DNA of 32,000 nt from NCBI GenBank assembly GCA_934613415.1, contig CAKTSY010000003.1, positions 60,001-92,000 on the forward strand, read 5' to 3'. A model generated the notes under the pieces. That model was not told the DNA's origin, did no database searches, and saw only the letters and a list, made by a program, of their open reading frames with translations. Positions within the stretch are counted from its first letter, which is position 1; each line of letters begins with the position of its first letter. The stretch comes from an uncultured Opitutales bacterium. Lineage in GTDB: Bacteria; Verrucomicrobiota; Verrucomicrobiia; Opitutales; Intestinicryptomonadaceae. A program made the translations under genes and the position numbers. Below, piece by piece: positions 24,869 to 32,000 of this stretch.

Positions 24869-27025
24869 TTATTTAAGCCTTGTTTGGTACATTGTTTCGG
24901 AAATATCCCTAAACTGCTTTACCAAATTCCACATTGGAGTATCGGTTGTATCTACCAAGCCAAAGCCGTAGTTTTCGCCGCCGGCGTTCCTGCCCGTAAT
25001 TGTTTGGCTTGCCCATTCAAACCAGTGGCAACCTACAACATACGGGCTTTGCAAACATTCGGTAATGTAGGTTTTAGTTCTTTTTAAACGGTCGCCATCG
25101 TTCCTTGTAGCGCACGAGCCGTATTTCGCAAAATTGCCCCTTTCGCTTGTCGGGAACGAGTATTCTCCTATAAGTATGGGTTTTTCGACATAGTCTTTTG
25201 GCAGTTTAAAATGCTTTGTGGGGTTCTTTTCGTAGATATTAAAAACTATAACGTCGGCGTATTTCGAGGCAACCGCCACGTCTATTTCGTTTCTAAACAC
25301 GGCAAAGCGACAGCCCATATAAAGCGCGTCGGGCACGCATTCCTTTACGGCGTCTCGGCAATTTTTAAAGTAATATTCGCAAAGCTCGCGTTCAAATTCG
25401 GCGGCGTCTACCGCAAAATTGCCCTTAAATTCCACATAGTCGCGGCACTTTAAAAAGTCGTCCCACGACGTATATTTTGTCTGCCAGCTTTTGTTCAGGT
25501 TTTCTATTGCGCCGTACTTTTTTTCGAGCATTTTGCCGAAGCGCGCCTTGCTCGGGCGGTCGCGACTAGACATAACCAAAGCCTGCATCATTTCGCCGGG
25601 CTTATAGCCGAAATTAGGCTCGTTGTTTACCATAACACCAATGCAGTAGGGAGAATTTATTATGTCTATATTCTGCATAATCTCCTTTTTTACGCATTCT
25701 TTTAGGTCGTCTTTATAGCAGTCCCAAAAGCCTGAACCCGGAATATGTTTTTTGTCGCCATCTTTCTTTAGGGGGTTATACGAATAGCAGTGCCCCGTGT
25801 TTACTATGAATGTATACGGCATTTTTTGCGCTTTATACATATCTTTAGAAGCCCACGCCCCCACAGTGTTAAAGCCCCACTTTTGCAGACGCGGAATGTT
25901 GTGCACATTAGCCTCTTCTTTGCCGTATTTTTTGTCGCGAATAAGCCTGCCAAAGTCGTATACAATGCAAGGCGCATATGCCTTGCCATAGCTTGATGGC
26001 GAAAAGCATGTCTTTCTTTTATATTCGTCTAAAAGACCTTCAAACATATATTCCCTGTCGGTAATAATGGTGTGCGGGGCGGTATCGTTTACGGCGTTTA
26101 CGCCCATGCTCCAAAACAAATTGCCTTTTGGGGTAATCAAAAACCATTTGCCGTTTACCTTTTCTGTTCTAAATTTGCCCGTTGCCTTAAACTTGTAATT
26201 GTCCGACAAATAACCGCCAAATTCGTCCCTTGCAGGCAAAGGCTTTAAAGAATCGTTAAACTTCTTTTCAACGGCTTTCATTTTTTCGAAATCGGCGTCG
26301 CTCTTAATTTTTTCGGGCCAATCTTTATGCTTAAACTGGCCGTATTTATCCAAAAGCGGCAAAAACTTTTCCTGCGGGGTATCAAACACATTGTCGCTGT
26401 AAACCCAAACCCTGCCGTTTGTAATTGGGCTAGAAAAGCCCTTTTTATATTTTTTGTCGAACACCCAATCTATGTCGGTGTAGTCGTAAAACTTAAGGCT
26501 TTTTATGGCAAGCTTGCCCTTGCCCCACGCCCCCAAATGCAGGTAGGTTTTTGCCCCCTCTTCGGGTATTTTTGCGCACAATTCTATAAAGCTTTTTTCG
26601 CCCTGTTTGTGTCCAAAAGAATAGTAGTCGAAACGGTTTTCGCCCGTGCGTTTGCCGTTTTGGTCAAAAGTATCCTGCACAAATATAGCCACAAACTGCT
26701 TTCGGGCTGCGGCTTGTTCAACATAATATTCAAAACGCGCCATAATTCTTTTACCACGCGGGAATCCCCCCTTGGGGAACCTTAACATACGCGGGTACTC
26801 GGCATTCGAGCGCATAGAAGTAAATGCAAATGGGTATTGCGCCTTTATGTCTTCGTCTACATCGTCGGTAAGGGTTGCCAATTCCGACATTTTGGCGAGC
26901 TTTTCCATACCTTCTTCGCCCTCAAACGAATACAACAATTTGCCGTGCTCGGCGTAAATTGTAATCCCCATCAAAAACGCGCAAAACAATGCCATGCGCA
27001 AAAATAGCCTGTTCATATATCTCAT
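24869..27025 (-). CDS. Secreted glycoside hydrolase, clan GH-A (beta/alpha)8 type (GH50/GH42-like; family not assignable by eye), with an N-terminal beta-sandwich module
   Basis: Signal peptide MNRLFLRMALFCAFLMGITIYA. The segment KDWPEKI...GKFRTEKVNGKWFLITPKGNLFWSMGVNAV precedes the barrel. GFNTVGAWAS is present. VMVNNEPNFG is the NEP acid/base motif, and PILIGEYSF is the candidate nucleophile. Confidence 0.6.
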   Translation of the reverse strand: MRYMNRLFLRMALFCAFLMGITIYAEHGKLLYSFEGEEGMEKLAKMSELATLTDDVDEDIKAQYPFAFTSMRSNAEYPRMLRFPKGGFPRGKRIMARFEYYVEQAAARKQFVAIFVQDTFDQNGKRTGENRFDYYSFGHKQGEKSFIELCAKIPEEGAKTYLHLGAWGKGKLAIKSLKFYDYTDIDWVFDKKYKKGFSSPITNGRVWVYSDNVFDTPQEKFLPLLDKYGQFKHKDWPEKIKSDADFEKMKAVEKKFNDSLKPLPARDEFGGYLSDNYKFKATGKFRTEKVNGKWFLITPKGNLFWSMGVNAVNDTAPHTIITDREYMFEGLLDEYKRKTCFSPSSYGKAYAPCIVYDFGRLIRDKKYGKEEANVHNIPRLQKWGFNTVGAWASKDMYKAQKMPYTFIVNTGHCYSYNPLKKDGDKKHIPGSGFWDCYKDDLKECVKKEIMQNIDIINSPYCIGVMVNNEPNFGYKPGEMMQALVMSSRDRPSKARFGKMLEKKYGAIENLNKSWQTKYTSWDDFLKCRDYVEFKGNFAVDAAEFERELCEYYFKNCRDAVKECVPDALYMGCRFAVFRNEIDVAVASKYADVIVFNIYEKNPTKHFKLPKDYVEKPILIGEYSFPTSERGNFAKYGSCATRNDGDRLKRTKTYITECLQSPYVVGCHWFEWASQTITGRNAGGENYGFGLVDTTDTPMWNLVKQFRDISETMYQTRLK

Positions 27026-27032
27026 GCAAAAC

Positions 27033-27061
27033 AGGTTATTGAATCTTTTTTAGTAAATCAA
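27033..27061 (-). promoter_or_regulatory. Candidate sigma70-like promoter, TTGATT-17-TAACCT, ending 7 nt before the hydrolase ATG (leaderless geometry)
   Basis: The minus strand reads TAA(GNAT stop)-TTGATT(27061-27056)-17 nt-TAACCT(27038-27033)-GTTTTGC-ATG(27025). Confidence 0.3.
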
Positions 27062-27466
27062 TTAAAATTTATAGGGTATATGCCCTTTCATTTCGAAGCC
27101 GAACTTTTTATATACAAATTCGCCTTCGGGGGTTGAAATGCAGGTTATCCACTCTATGTTTTTTGCCTTTAAATATTGCAGAATGTTGCGGCACAAATTT
27201 GTTGCAACTCCGCAATTTCGGTGCGAATTTTCCACATATAAATCAAGCAAATACGCATCGGAAACACCGTCGCTTAACGCCCTAAATATCCCCACAATTT
27301 CGCCGTTTTGCTCGGCGCAAAAAACGCAAAAGCTGTTTTGCAGGCTATTTCTTAAATTTGCTATTTCTATTTGGCTATATTCTTTTGTCCAGCCAGCCTG
27401 TATGTATAGCGGCAAAATTTTAGCCGCCATACTTTCGTCTATTTGCTCCAGCCTAAAAATTTTCAT
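27062..27466 (-). CDS. GNAT-family N-acetyltransferase (134 aa)
   Basis: Acetyl-CoA motif A region LDLYVENSHRNCGVATNLCRNILQYL, with the GNAT beta-strand pattern before and after it. The start overlaps the upstream gene's stop (ATGA, 27463-27466). Confidence 0.8.
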   Translation of the reverse strand: MKIFRLEQIDESMAAKILPLYIQAGWTKEYSQIEIANLRNSLQNSFCVFCAEQNGEIVGIFRALSDGVSDAYLLDLYVENSHRNCGVATNLCRNILQYLKAKNIEWITCISTPEGEFVYKKFGFEMKGHIPYKF

Positions 27467-28347
27467 ACTTCAACCAAATTAAGCCTTTTAAACATTTCCG
27501 ACGGTGCCCACGACTCTTTTGCCTGCCGCAAGTGCTCTAGCCCCAAATCCTGCTCGCGGTTCATTTCCGATATTCCGTTTTTCAACAAAAATTCGGCTTC
27601 GTGCAAAACAATACATTGGGCGGCTCCGTGAATTTCCTTTTCAAATTTTTCGTAGTGAACAGAATATATAGAGTCGTTTATTTCGCCCATAATGGCCCCC
27701 GCAACAATCTGACCGTGTTCGTCTTTTAACACAAGCGGCATCAAATGCAGTTTGTCGAAAAATTCGAACGCATTTTGCATTGGCAAAAGCTCTTCGCTAA
27801 CCGCCCTTTGCAACATATATTCCCTAAATTCTGCAAAATTTGCGCCCTGGGGAACTTCGACAACATAATCGGGATTGTTCCTTTGAAACTGGCGTATAAG
27901 ATTGTGCTTTTTTCTTAGTTTTATGCCCTTTAGCGAAACTATGTTTTGGTTTTGGTAAATGTAGTCGTAGTCGTCTTCGGTTTGCTGGGCGTTAAAATAT
28001 TCTACCGCATTTGGATACAGCTGAAAATATTTCGGATTTGCGTCGAACACATATTTTACGGGGTAGCCCGAATCGCGCAGCTGCTTTATATGCCGCATTA
28101 ATTCTTCGGGGGCAATATCGGCGCCTATGGGGTATTGCAAATATTTGTCCGAAATATGGTAGGCAAATATTCGGTTTTGCTCGGTGTAAAAGCGCATATT
28201 GTCGCGCTTCCACATAAATATGTTAGAAAAACACCTTTCGCAGCTTTTTGTCGGATATGCTTTGGCTATAGCGTCGAAAAGCGGTTTATCCTCTATGGAT
28301 ATTTCCTTTAAAAGGGGCATAAAATATGTTTGTGATAAAGCATTCAT
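27463..28347 (-). CDS. DUF2156 (MprF C-terminal / lysyl-PG synthase-like tandem GNAT fold) protein, 294 aa
   Basis: ISIEDKPLFDAI...CERCFSNIFMWKRDNMRFY and SLKGIKLRKKHNLIRQFQRNNPDY match the conserved DUF2156 pattern (sfaNlf.W ... l.G.k...KRN.i..F). Confidence 0.7.
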   Translation of the reverse strand: MNALSQTYFMPLLKEISIEDKPLFDAIAKAYPTKSCERCFSNIFMWKRDNMRFYTEQNRIFAYHISDKYLQYPIGADIAPEELMRHIKQLRDSGYPVKYVFDANPKYFQLYPNAVEYFNAQQTEDDYDYIYQNQNIVSLKGIKLRKKHNLIRQFQRNNPDYVVEVPQGANFAEFREYMLQRAVSEELLPMQNAFEFFDKLHLMPLVLKDEHGQIVAGAIMGEINDSIYSVHYEKFEKEIHGAAQCIVLHEAEFLLKNGISEMNREQDLGLEHLRQAKESWAPSEMFKRLNLVEV

Positions 28348-28406
28348 TATACGACATAACTATCGTAAAAATCCACAAAAAAGCTAAGGCGCGCAAATAA
28401 ATAGCC

Positions 28407-28436
28407 TTGAATTTAACGCAGCGCAAATTGAATATA
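28407..28436 (+). promoter_or_regulatory. Candidate sigma70-like promoter, TTGAAT-18-AATATA, ending 6 nt before the ygiQ ATG (leaderless geometry)
   Basis: TTGAAT 28407-28412 (this TTG is the ORF-track start), 18-nt spacer, AATATA 28431-28436, TACCCA, ATG 28443. Confidence 0.35.
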
Positions 28437-28442
28437 TACCCA

Positions 28443-30224
28443 ATGAAGCCCGAAGACCTGACAAAATTTGTCCCCATGACTGTCGAAGAAATGAAAGCCC
28501 GCAAGTGGGATTATATCGACATTCTTATAATTACGGGCGACGCCTATGTAGACCACCCAAGCTTTGGCCCCGTTGTTATAGCGCGCGTTTTGCTTAATGC
28601 GGGCTACAAAGTTGCAATAATAGCCCAGCCCGACTGGAAAGACCCCGAAAGCCTTAAACGCTTCGGCCGCCCGCGCATCGGCTGCGGCGTTTCGAGCGGC
28701 AATATGGATTCTATGATAAAGCTTTATACGGCAGGGCGCAGACTAAGACACACCGATATGTATTCCGAAAACGGGCAAACGGGCAAGTGTCCGCCAAGAG
28801 CAACAATTGTATATGCGCAGCTTGCAAAAAGGGCGTTTCCAAAACTGCCCGTAGTTATCGGCGGCGTAGACGCAAGCCTTAGAAGGGTTGCCCACTACGA
28901 CTATTGGCAGGATATGTTTAAACCCTCGGTTTTGGTGGAATCTAAAGCCGACATTCTGTGTTTCGGCATGGGCGAAATTACAATGCTGGAAATTTTCGAC
29001 AAAATAAAGAAAAACGAAAGTCTTTCGGGTATAAGGGGAACGGTTCGCTATTTGGGCGGCAACGAAAGCGCAGGCTTTAAGATAGACGAAAACTGCGAAG
29101 TTTTGCCCAGCTTTGAGGAAATTTGCAGCGACAAAACCGCCATTATGCGCCAGACAAAAATTGTGGAACGCAACACAAACCCGTGGAACGGCAAAAGGCT
29201 TTTGCAGAGCACAAACGGCAGGCTTTTGATTATAGAACCTGCAAGGCCGCCGCTTACGCAAGAGCAGTTCGACGCGGTTAGCGAACTGCCCTATGCGGGG
29301 CTGCCACACTTTACATACAAGGGCAAAATTCCCGCGTGGGAAATGATAAAAGATTCTATTACCGTTGTGCGCGGCTGCCCAGGGGGTTGCGCCTTTTGCG
29401 GCCTGGTTTGCCATCAGGGCAGGCACTTGGTTTCGCGCAGCGAGCAAAGCATTTGCAAAAGCGCAAAAAAGCTTGCAAGCCAGCCGTTTTTTCGCGGCAC
29501 AATAAGCGATATAGGCGGCCCTGCCGGCAACATTTACGGACACCGCCCCAAAGACCCTAACATATGCAAAATGTGCAAACGGTATTCCTGCATATTCCCC
29601 ACCTTTTGCAAAAACTACAATGCCGACGAAAAACCCCTAATGCACCTGCTCGACACTCTTAAAAAAATAGACAAAATAAAGCACGTTTTCATAAACTCGG
29701 GCATAAGGCTAGACTTGGCTTTGGTACAACCCGAACAGACAAAAAAGATAATAAGCGACCATATTTCGGGGCAGCTTAGCATTGCCCCCGAGCATTTAGA
29801 CGGCAACGTTTTGCGCCTTATGCGCAAGGGCAAAGAGGGCGAATTTGAACAATTCCGCAAAATTTTCGACGAAGTAAACGCAAAAACGGGCAAAAAGCAG
29901 TACCTTATACCCTACTTTATTTCGAACTTTCCGGGCTGCACGCAAGCCGAAATGAAAAAGGTAGACGACTATCTGGAAAAGTCGCACTGGAATTTGCAGC
30001 AAGTGCAAGACTTTATACCCCTTGCAATGACAATGGGCAGCGCAATGTATTGCTCGGAAATTGACGAAAACGGCAATCCCATTTTGGTAAACAAAGGTCT
30101 TGCCCAACGGCGCGAACAGCGCAATATGCTAAAAAGGGAACATACAAACACGCCCGTGCACAAAAGCAAAATTTTTGCAAAACCCAATAAAAACAAATTC
30201 GGCAAAAAGCATTTTAAAAAATAG
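28443..30224 (+). CDS. ygiQ: YgiQ-family (UPF0313) radical SAM protein with a Lys-rich C-terminal tail
   Basis: FVPMTVEEMKARKWDYIDILIITGDAYVDHPSFG is colinear with the YgiQ N-terminus. It has the Cys-rich radical-SAM region VVRGCPGGCAFCGL and a C-terminal domain, plus the tail KSKIFAKPNKNKFGKKHFKK. ATG 28443 was preferred over TTG 28407. Confidence 0.85.
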   Translation: MKPEDLTKFVPMTVEEMKARKWDYIDILIITGDAYVDHPSFGPVVIARVLLNAGYKVAIIAQPDWKDPESLKRFGRPRIGCGVSSGNMDSMIKLYTAGRRLRHTDMYSENGQTGKCPPRATIVYAQLAKRAFPKLPVVIGGVDASLRRVAHYDYWQDMFKPSVLVESKADILCFGMGEITMLEIFDKIKKNESLSGIRGTVRYLGGNESAGFKIDENCEVLPSFEEICSDKTAIMRQTKIVERNTNPWNGKRLLQSTNGRLLIIEPARPPLTQEQFDAVSELPYAGLPHFTYKGKIPAWEMIKDSITVVRGCPGGCAFCGLVCHQGRHLVSRSEQSICKSAKKLASQPFFRGTISDIGGPAGNIYGHRPKDPNICKMCKRYSCIFPTFCKNYNADEKPLMHLLDTLKKIDKIKHVFINSGIRLDLALVQPEQTKKIISDHISGQLSIAPEHLDGNVLRLMRKGKEGEFEQFRKIFDEVNAKTGKKQYLIPYFISNFPGCTQAEMKKVDDYLEKSHWNLQQVQDFIPLAMTMGSAMYCSEIDENGNPILVNKGLAQRREQRNMLKREHTNTPVHKSKIFAKPNKNKFGKKHFKK

Positions 30225-30245
30225 TTTTAGCCAAAACAAAGATAC

Positions 30246-30285
30246 AAAAAAGCCGCCAAAACTATGCGAATTGGCGGCTTTTTTA
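30246..30285. terminator. Bidirectional intrinsic terminator shared by ygiQ (+) and the convergent porin gene (-)
   Basis: AAAGCCGCCAA (30249-30259) pairs with TTGGCGGCTTT (30271-30281), with a 6-bp GC core and an 11-nt loop. It is flanked by an A-run on the left and TTTT(A)TT on the right. Confidence 0.8.
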
Positions 30286-30309
30286 TTGTCCTAAAATTTC
30301 CGTATTTTT

Positions 30310-31566
30310 TTAGAACATTGTCTGTATTTGCATTCTAAAAGTGTTCGCGTAGGCGTCTTGCCCCGAATTAGAACCCATAAATTGCGAATATTCGTAGCCC
30401 GCCGAAACCTTAAGCGAATTGTCGCCCGAAACATACCAGTTTGCGCCAAAATAAAAGCCACGCGCCCTGTCGAATGCAATGCCAAGCCCCGCCTTTCTTA
30501 AGCCGTCAGAGGGCGAAACGCCGCGGCCGTTTGTGTCTAAATATGTAAACCTAAACACGGGGGCAATTTTCCCGAATTGGCCGGCCTCGAACTTCTTTTC
30601 TACGCAAAAGTTCATACCCATAGGAGTTTCAACTCCGTAAGAAGAATCCATTCTTTTGCCGCAATCGCTATGCGACATTAAAAATTCGGTCAATACACGA
30701 ACGCCCTTGTAGTCGAATCTTAAATAGGGGTTTACGCCGAAAATAGCGGCGGTGTTGTCTATTGCGGTTTTGTCGGCGTCGTTGCCGTACATTACGTTTG
30801 TTCCCAGTGTGATTTTTGCGTTTTCGAAGGGAGCAAAGTCGTACGAAACGCCGCCGAATACATCGGGCGAATTGTGGTCTTTTAAAAGACTTGCCTCGCC
30901 GCCAAGCTTGTAGTTTTCCGAATTTGTAACCGCGCAAAAATAGTGCAAGCCCTTAACTTGGCGAACATCGCCATACCAAAAAAGCCCAGTCATAAAAGAG
31001 CCCTGCCCCAACTTGCGGGCATTTCTGGCACCGCACCAGTAGTTGGTTGCAATCGAACGCTCTATCGCATACAAGTTGAACGAAGACGTTACTTCTTCCA
31101 TGCCAAAGTCGGGCTTTAGGTAGCCGAACCTTAGCTGCCCTTTTATATAGTCGGTATCTATGTTTTTATACAGGTAGCTAATCGAAACTTTGTTGTCGAA
31201 AATAAAGTCGAACGAAAGTTTTGCGCCATACGACTTGCTTGGGTCGGTCGCCAAACCGAAAATAACCCTGCGCATCATAAATGTGTTTTTAGAGGTTGCA
31301 AAGCTGTCGCTGTCGCCGTTTGTGGTTAAATATGCATACTGCATCTGAAAACGCGCATATATGCTTATTGTGTTGTCGTTGTAGGGCGTACTTACGGGAG
31401 CGTCTATTGCCGCCGAAAGTTTTTTTACCTCCAATGCCTCGTCGGCACTCAGCATTCCCTTGTTTACAAGAGTCTCCAGCATTTTTGTGTTGCACTCGCC
31501 GGCAAACGCAAAAAAGCCCGCAAATAAAAACGCGACAACAGCCGCAAAAAATTTATGTAGTTTCAT
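30310..31566 (-). CDS. Outer-membrane beta-barrel porin (OprO/P-like / putative porin family)
   Basis: The start was set at ATG 31566 (MKLHKFFAAVVAFLFAGFFAFAGE, signal peptide). An N-terminal helical motif LETLVNKGMLSADEALEVKK follows. Alternating amphipathic beta-strands rich in Y/G/N run throughout, ending in a C-terminal aromatic residue (...FRMQIQTMF). Confidence 0.65.
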   Translation of the reverse strand: MKLHKFFAAVVAFLFAGFFAFAGECNTKMLETLVNKGMLSADEALEVKKLSAAIDAPVSTPYNDNTISIYARFQMQYAYLTTNGDSDSFATSKNTFMMRRVIFGLATDPSKSYGAKLSFDFIFDNKVSISYLYKNIDTDYIKGQLRFGYLKPDFGMEEVTSSFNLYAIERSIATNYWCGARNARKLGQGSFMTGLFWYGDVRQVKGLHYFCAVTNSENYKLGGEASLLKDHNSPDVFGGVSYDFAPFENAKITLGTNVMYGNDADKTAIDNTAAIFGVNPYLRFDYKGVRVLTEFLMSHSDCGKRMDSSYGVETPMGMNFCVEKKFEAGQFGKIAPVFRFTYLDTNGRGVSPSDGLRKAGLGIAFDRARGFYFGANWYVSGDNSLKVSAGYEYSQFMGSNSGQDAYANTFRMQIQTMF

Positions 31567-31632
31567 ATGTCTATACGTGTGGCAAACCAAATACTTTGTC
31601 TTTTAAGGGGCAAATAATTTCGCATATACTAA

Positions 31633-32000
31633 CCAAAGGCAAGCTTATTTAACGCCCAGATAAAACGATTGACACAAAATACAGACTACGAATTTTACGA
31701 CAAAAACTGGGGCGATATGCTTTTTATTGCAATGGAATTTTCGCCCAGAGACGAAGTTTTAGAATGGGCAAACAAACTGTGCGCTTCAAAAAAATTTAAG
31801 AATCACAAAATTTTTGTGATAACGCACTCTATTTTGGAAAACGACGGCTCTTTTAGGAAAGACAACTACCCCTTTGCCCCCAACGACGGCAAGGCGGTAT
31901 TCGAAAAACTGCTAAAAAAGCACAGCAACATAAAGCTGGCAATTTGCGGACACACCTGCACAGAAAGCGTAATGGCGGCCTTCAGGAAAGAGAAGAAAGA
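31633..32000 (+). pseudogene. Metallophosphoesterase C-terminal half lacking the N-terminal metal-binding motifs; probable truncated remnant (3' end outside the window)
   Basis: The frame is open from 31633 to the window end: ...DYEFYDKNWGDMLFIAMEFSPRDEVLEWANKLCASKKFKNHKIFVITHSILENDG...IKLAICGHTC. This matches the distal calcineurin-like motifs (xxTH, GH), but only 66 nt separate it from the divergent porin start. The DxH/GDxxD/GNHE part cannot be encoded here. The nearest possible starts are TTG 31669 and ATG 31718. Confidence 0.4.

Noticed and set aside
28407-28442. TTG 28407 as the ygiQ start codon
   Set aside because: This TTG is part of a TTGAAT hexamer correctly spaced from an AATATA -10-like element. 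ATG 28443 then fits the recurring leaderless layout. This is not proven, since YgiQ homology begins only after both candidates.
28743-29543. 266-aa minus-strand ORF inside ygiQ. Similar long shadow ORFs occur at 20346-21038 (+), 6384-6983 (+), 2231-2818 (-), 24139-24735 (-), 14841-15476 (+), 8266-8799 (+) and 26327-26785 (+).
   Set aside because: All are fully embedded antisense to genes with strong family motifs. Their products are Arg/Cys/Phe-rich or low-complexity, without recognisable domains, so they are treated as shadow ORFs.

Overview
Gene-dense bacterial chromosomal segment. I support 25 protein-coding genes and flag 2 doubtful ones (a 26-aa RHH-like remnant and an N-terminally truncated metallophosphoesterase remnant). 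By eye I found no rRNA, tRNA, CRISPR, transposase, integrase, phage or defence-system hallmarks.

Left arm, + strand: the 3' part of nadB, apt, an isolated nuoA, a three-domain EIIA(Ntr)-like / PK_C-like / diadenylate-cyclase protein, and mpl.

Centre: 12 co-directional minus-strand genes over about 18 kb (22695 to 4782), in two parts.
- Glycan and sugar-oxidation part: transglutaminase-like TPR lipoprotein, TAT-exported Gfo/Idh/MocA oxidoreductase, exported ThuA-HEAT protein, secreted beta-helix enzyme.
- Envelope-lipid part: N-terminally extended ACP, GldA/F/G-like ABC-2 transporter, DUF4340 protein, AsmA-like protein, GnnA/WbpB-like dehydrogenase, lpxB.

Right arm: small lipoprotein, thi4-thiE, a secreted clan GH-A-like hydrolase, a DUF2156-GNAT pair, ygiQ, a porin, and the metallophosphoesterase remnant, which runs off the window.

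The repertoire suggests a diderm glycan-degrading bacterium, possibly of the PVC or FCB lineages (inference, low confidence).

Most interesting observations:
1. The EIIA-DAC fusion, a candidate direct link between PTS phosphorylation and c-di-AMP. It appears to be co-transcribed with an orphan nuoA and with mpl.
2. The ACP / ABC-2 / GldG / DUF4340 / AsmA-like / lpxB string, a candidate ATP-driven envelope-lipid export machine.
3. A recurring TTGnnn-N16-18-(-10)-N6-7-ATG geometry at five genes with no Shine-Dalgarno sequence, which suggests leaderless mRNAs.

All functional calls come from motif recognition by eye. No searches were run.
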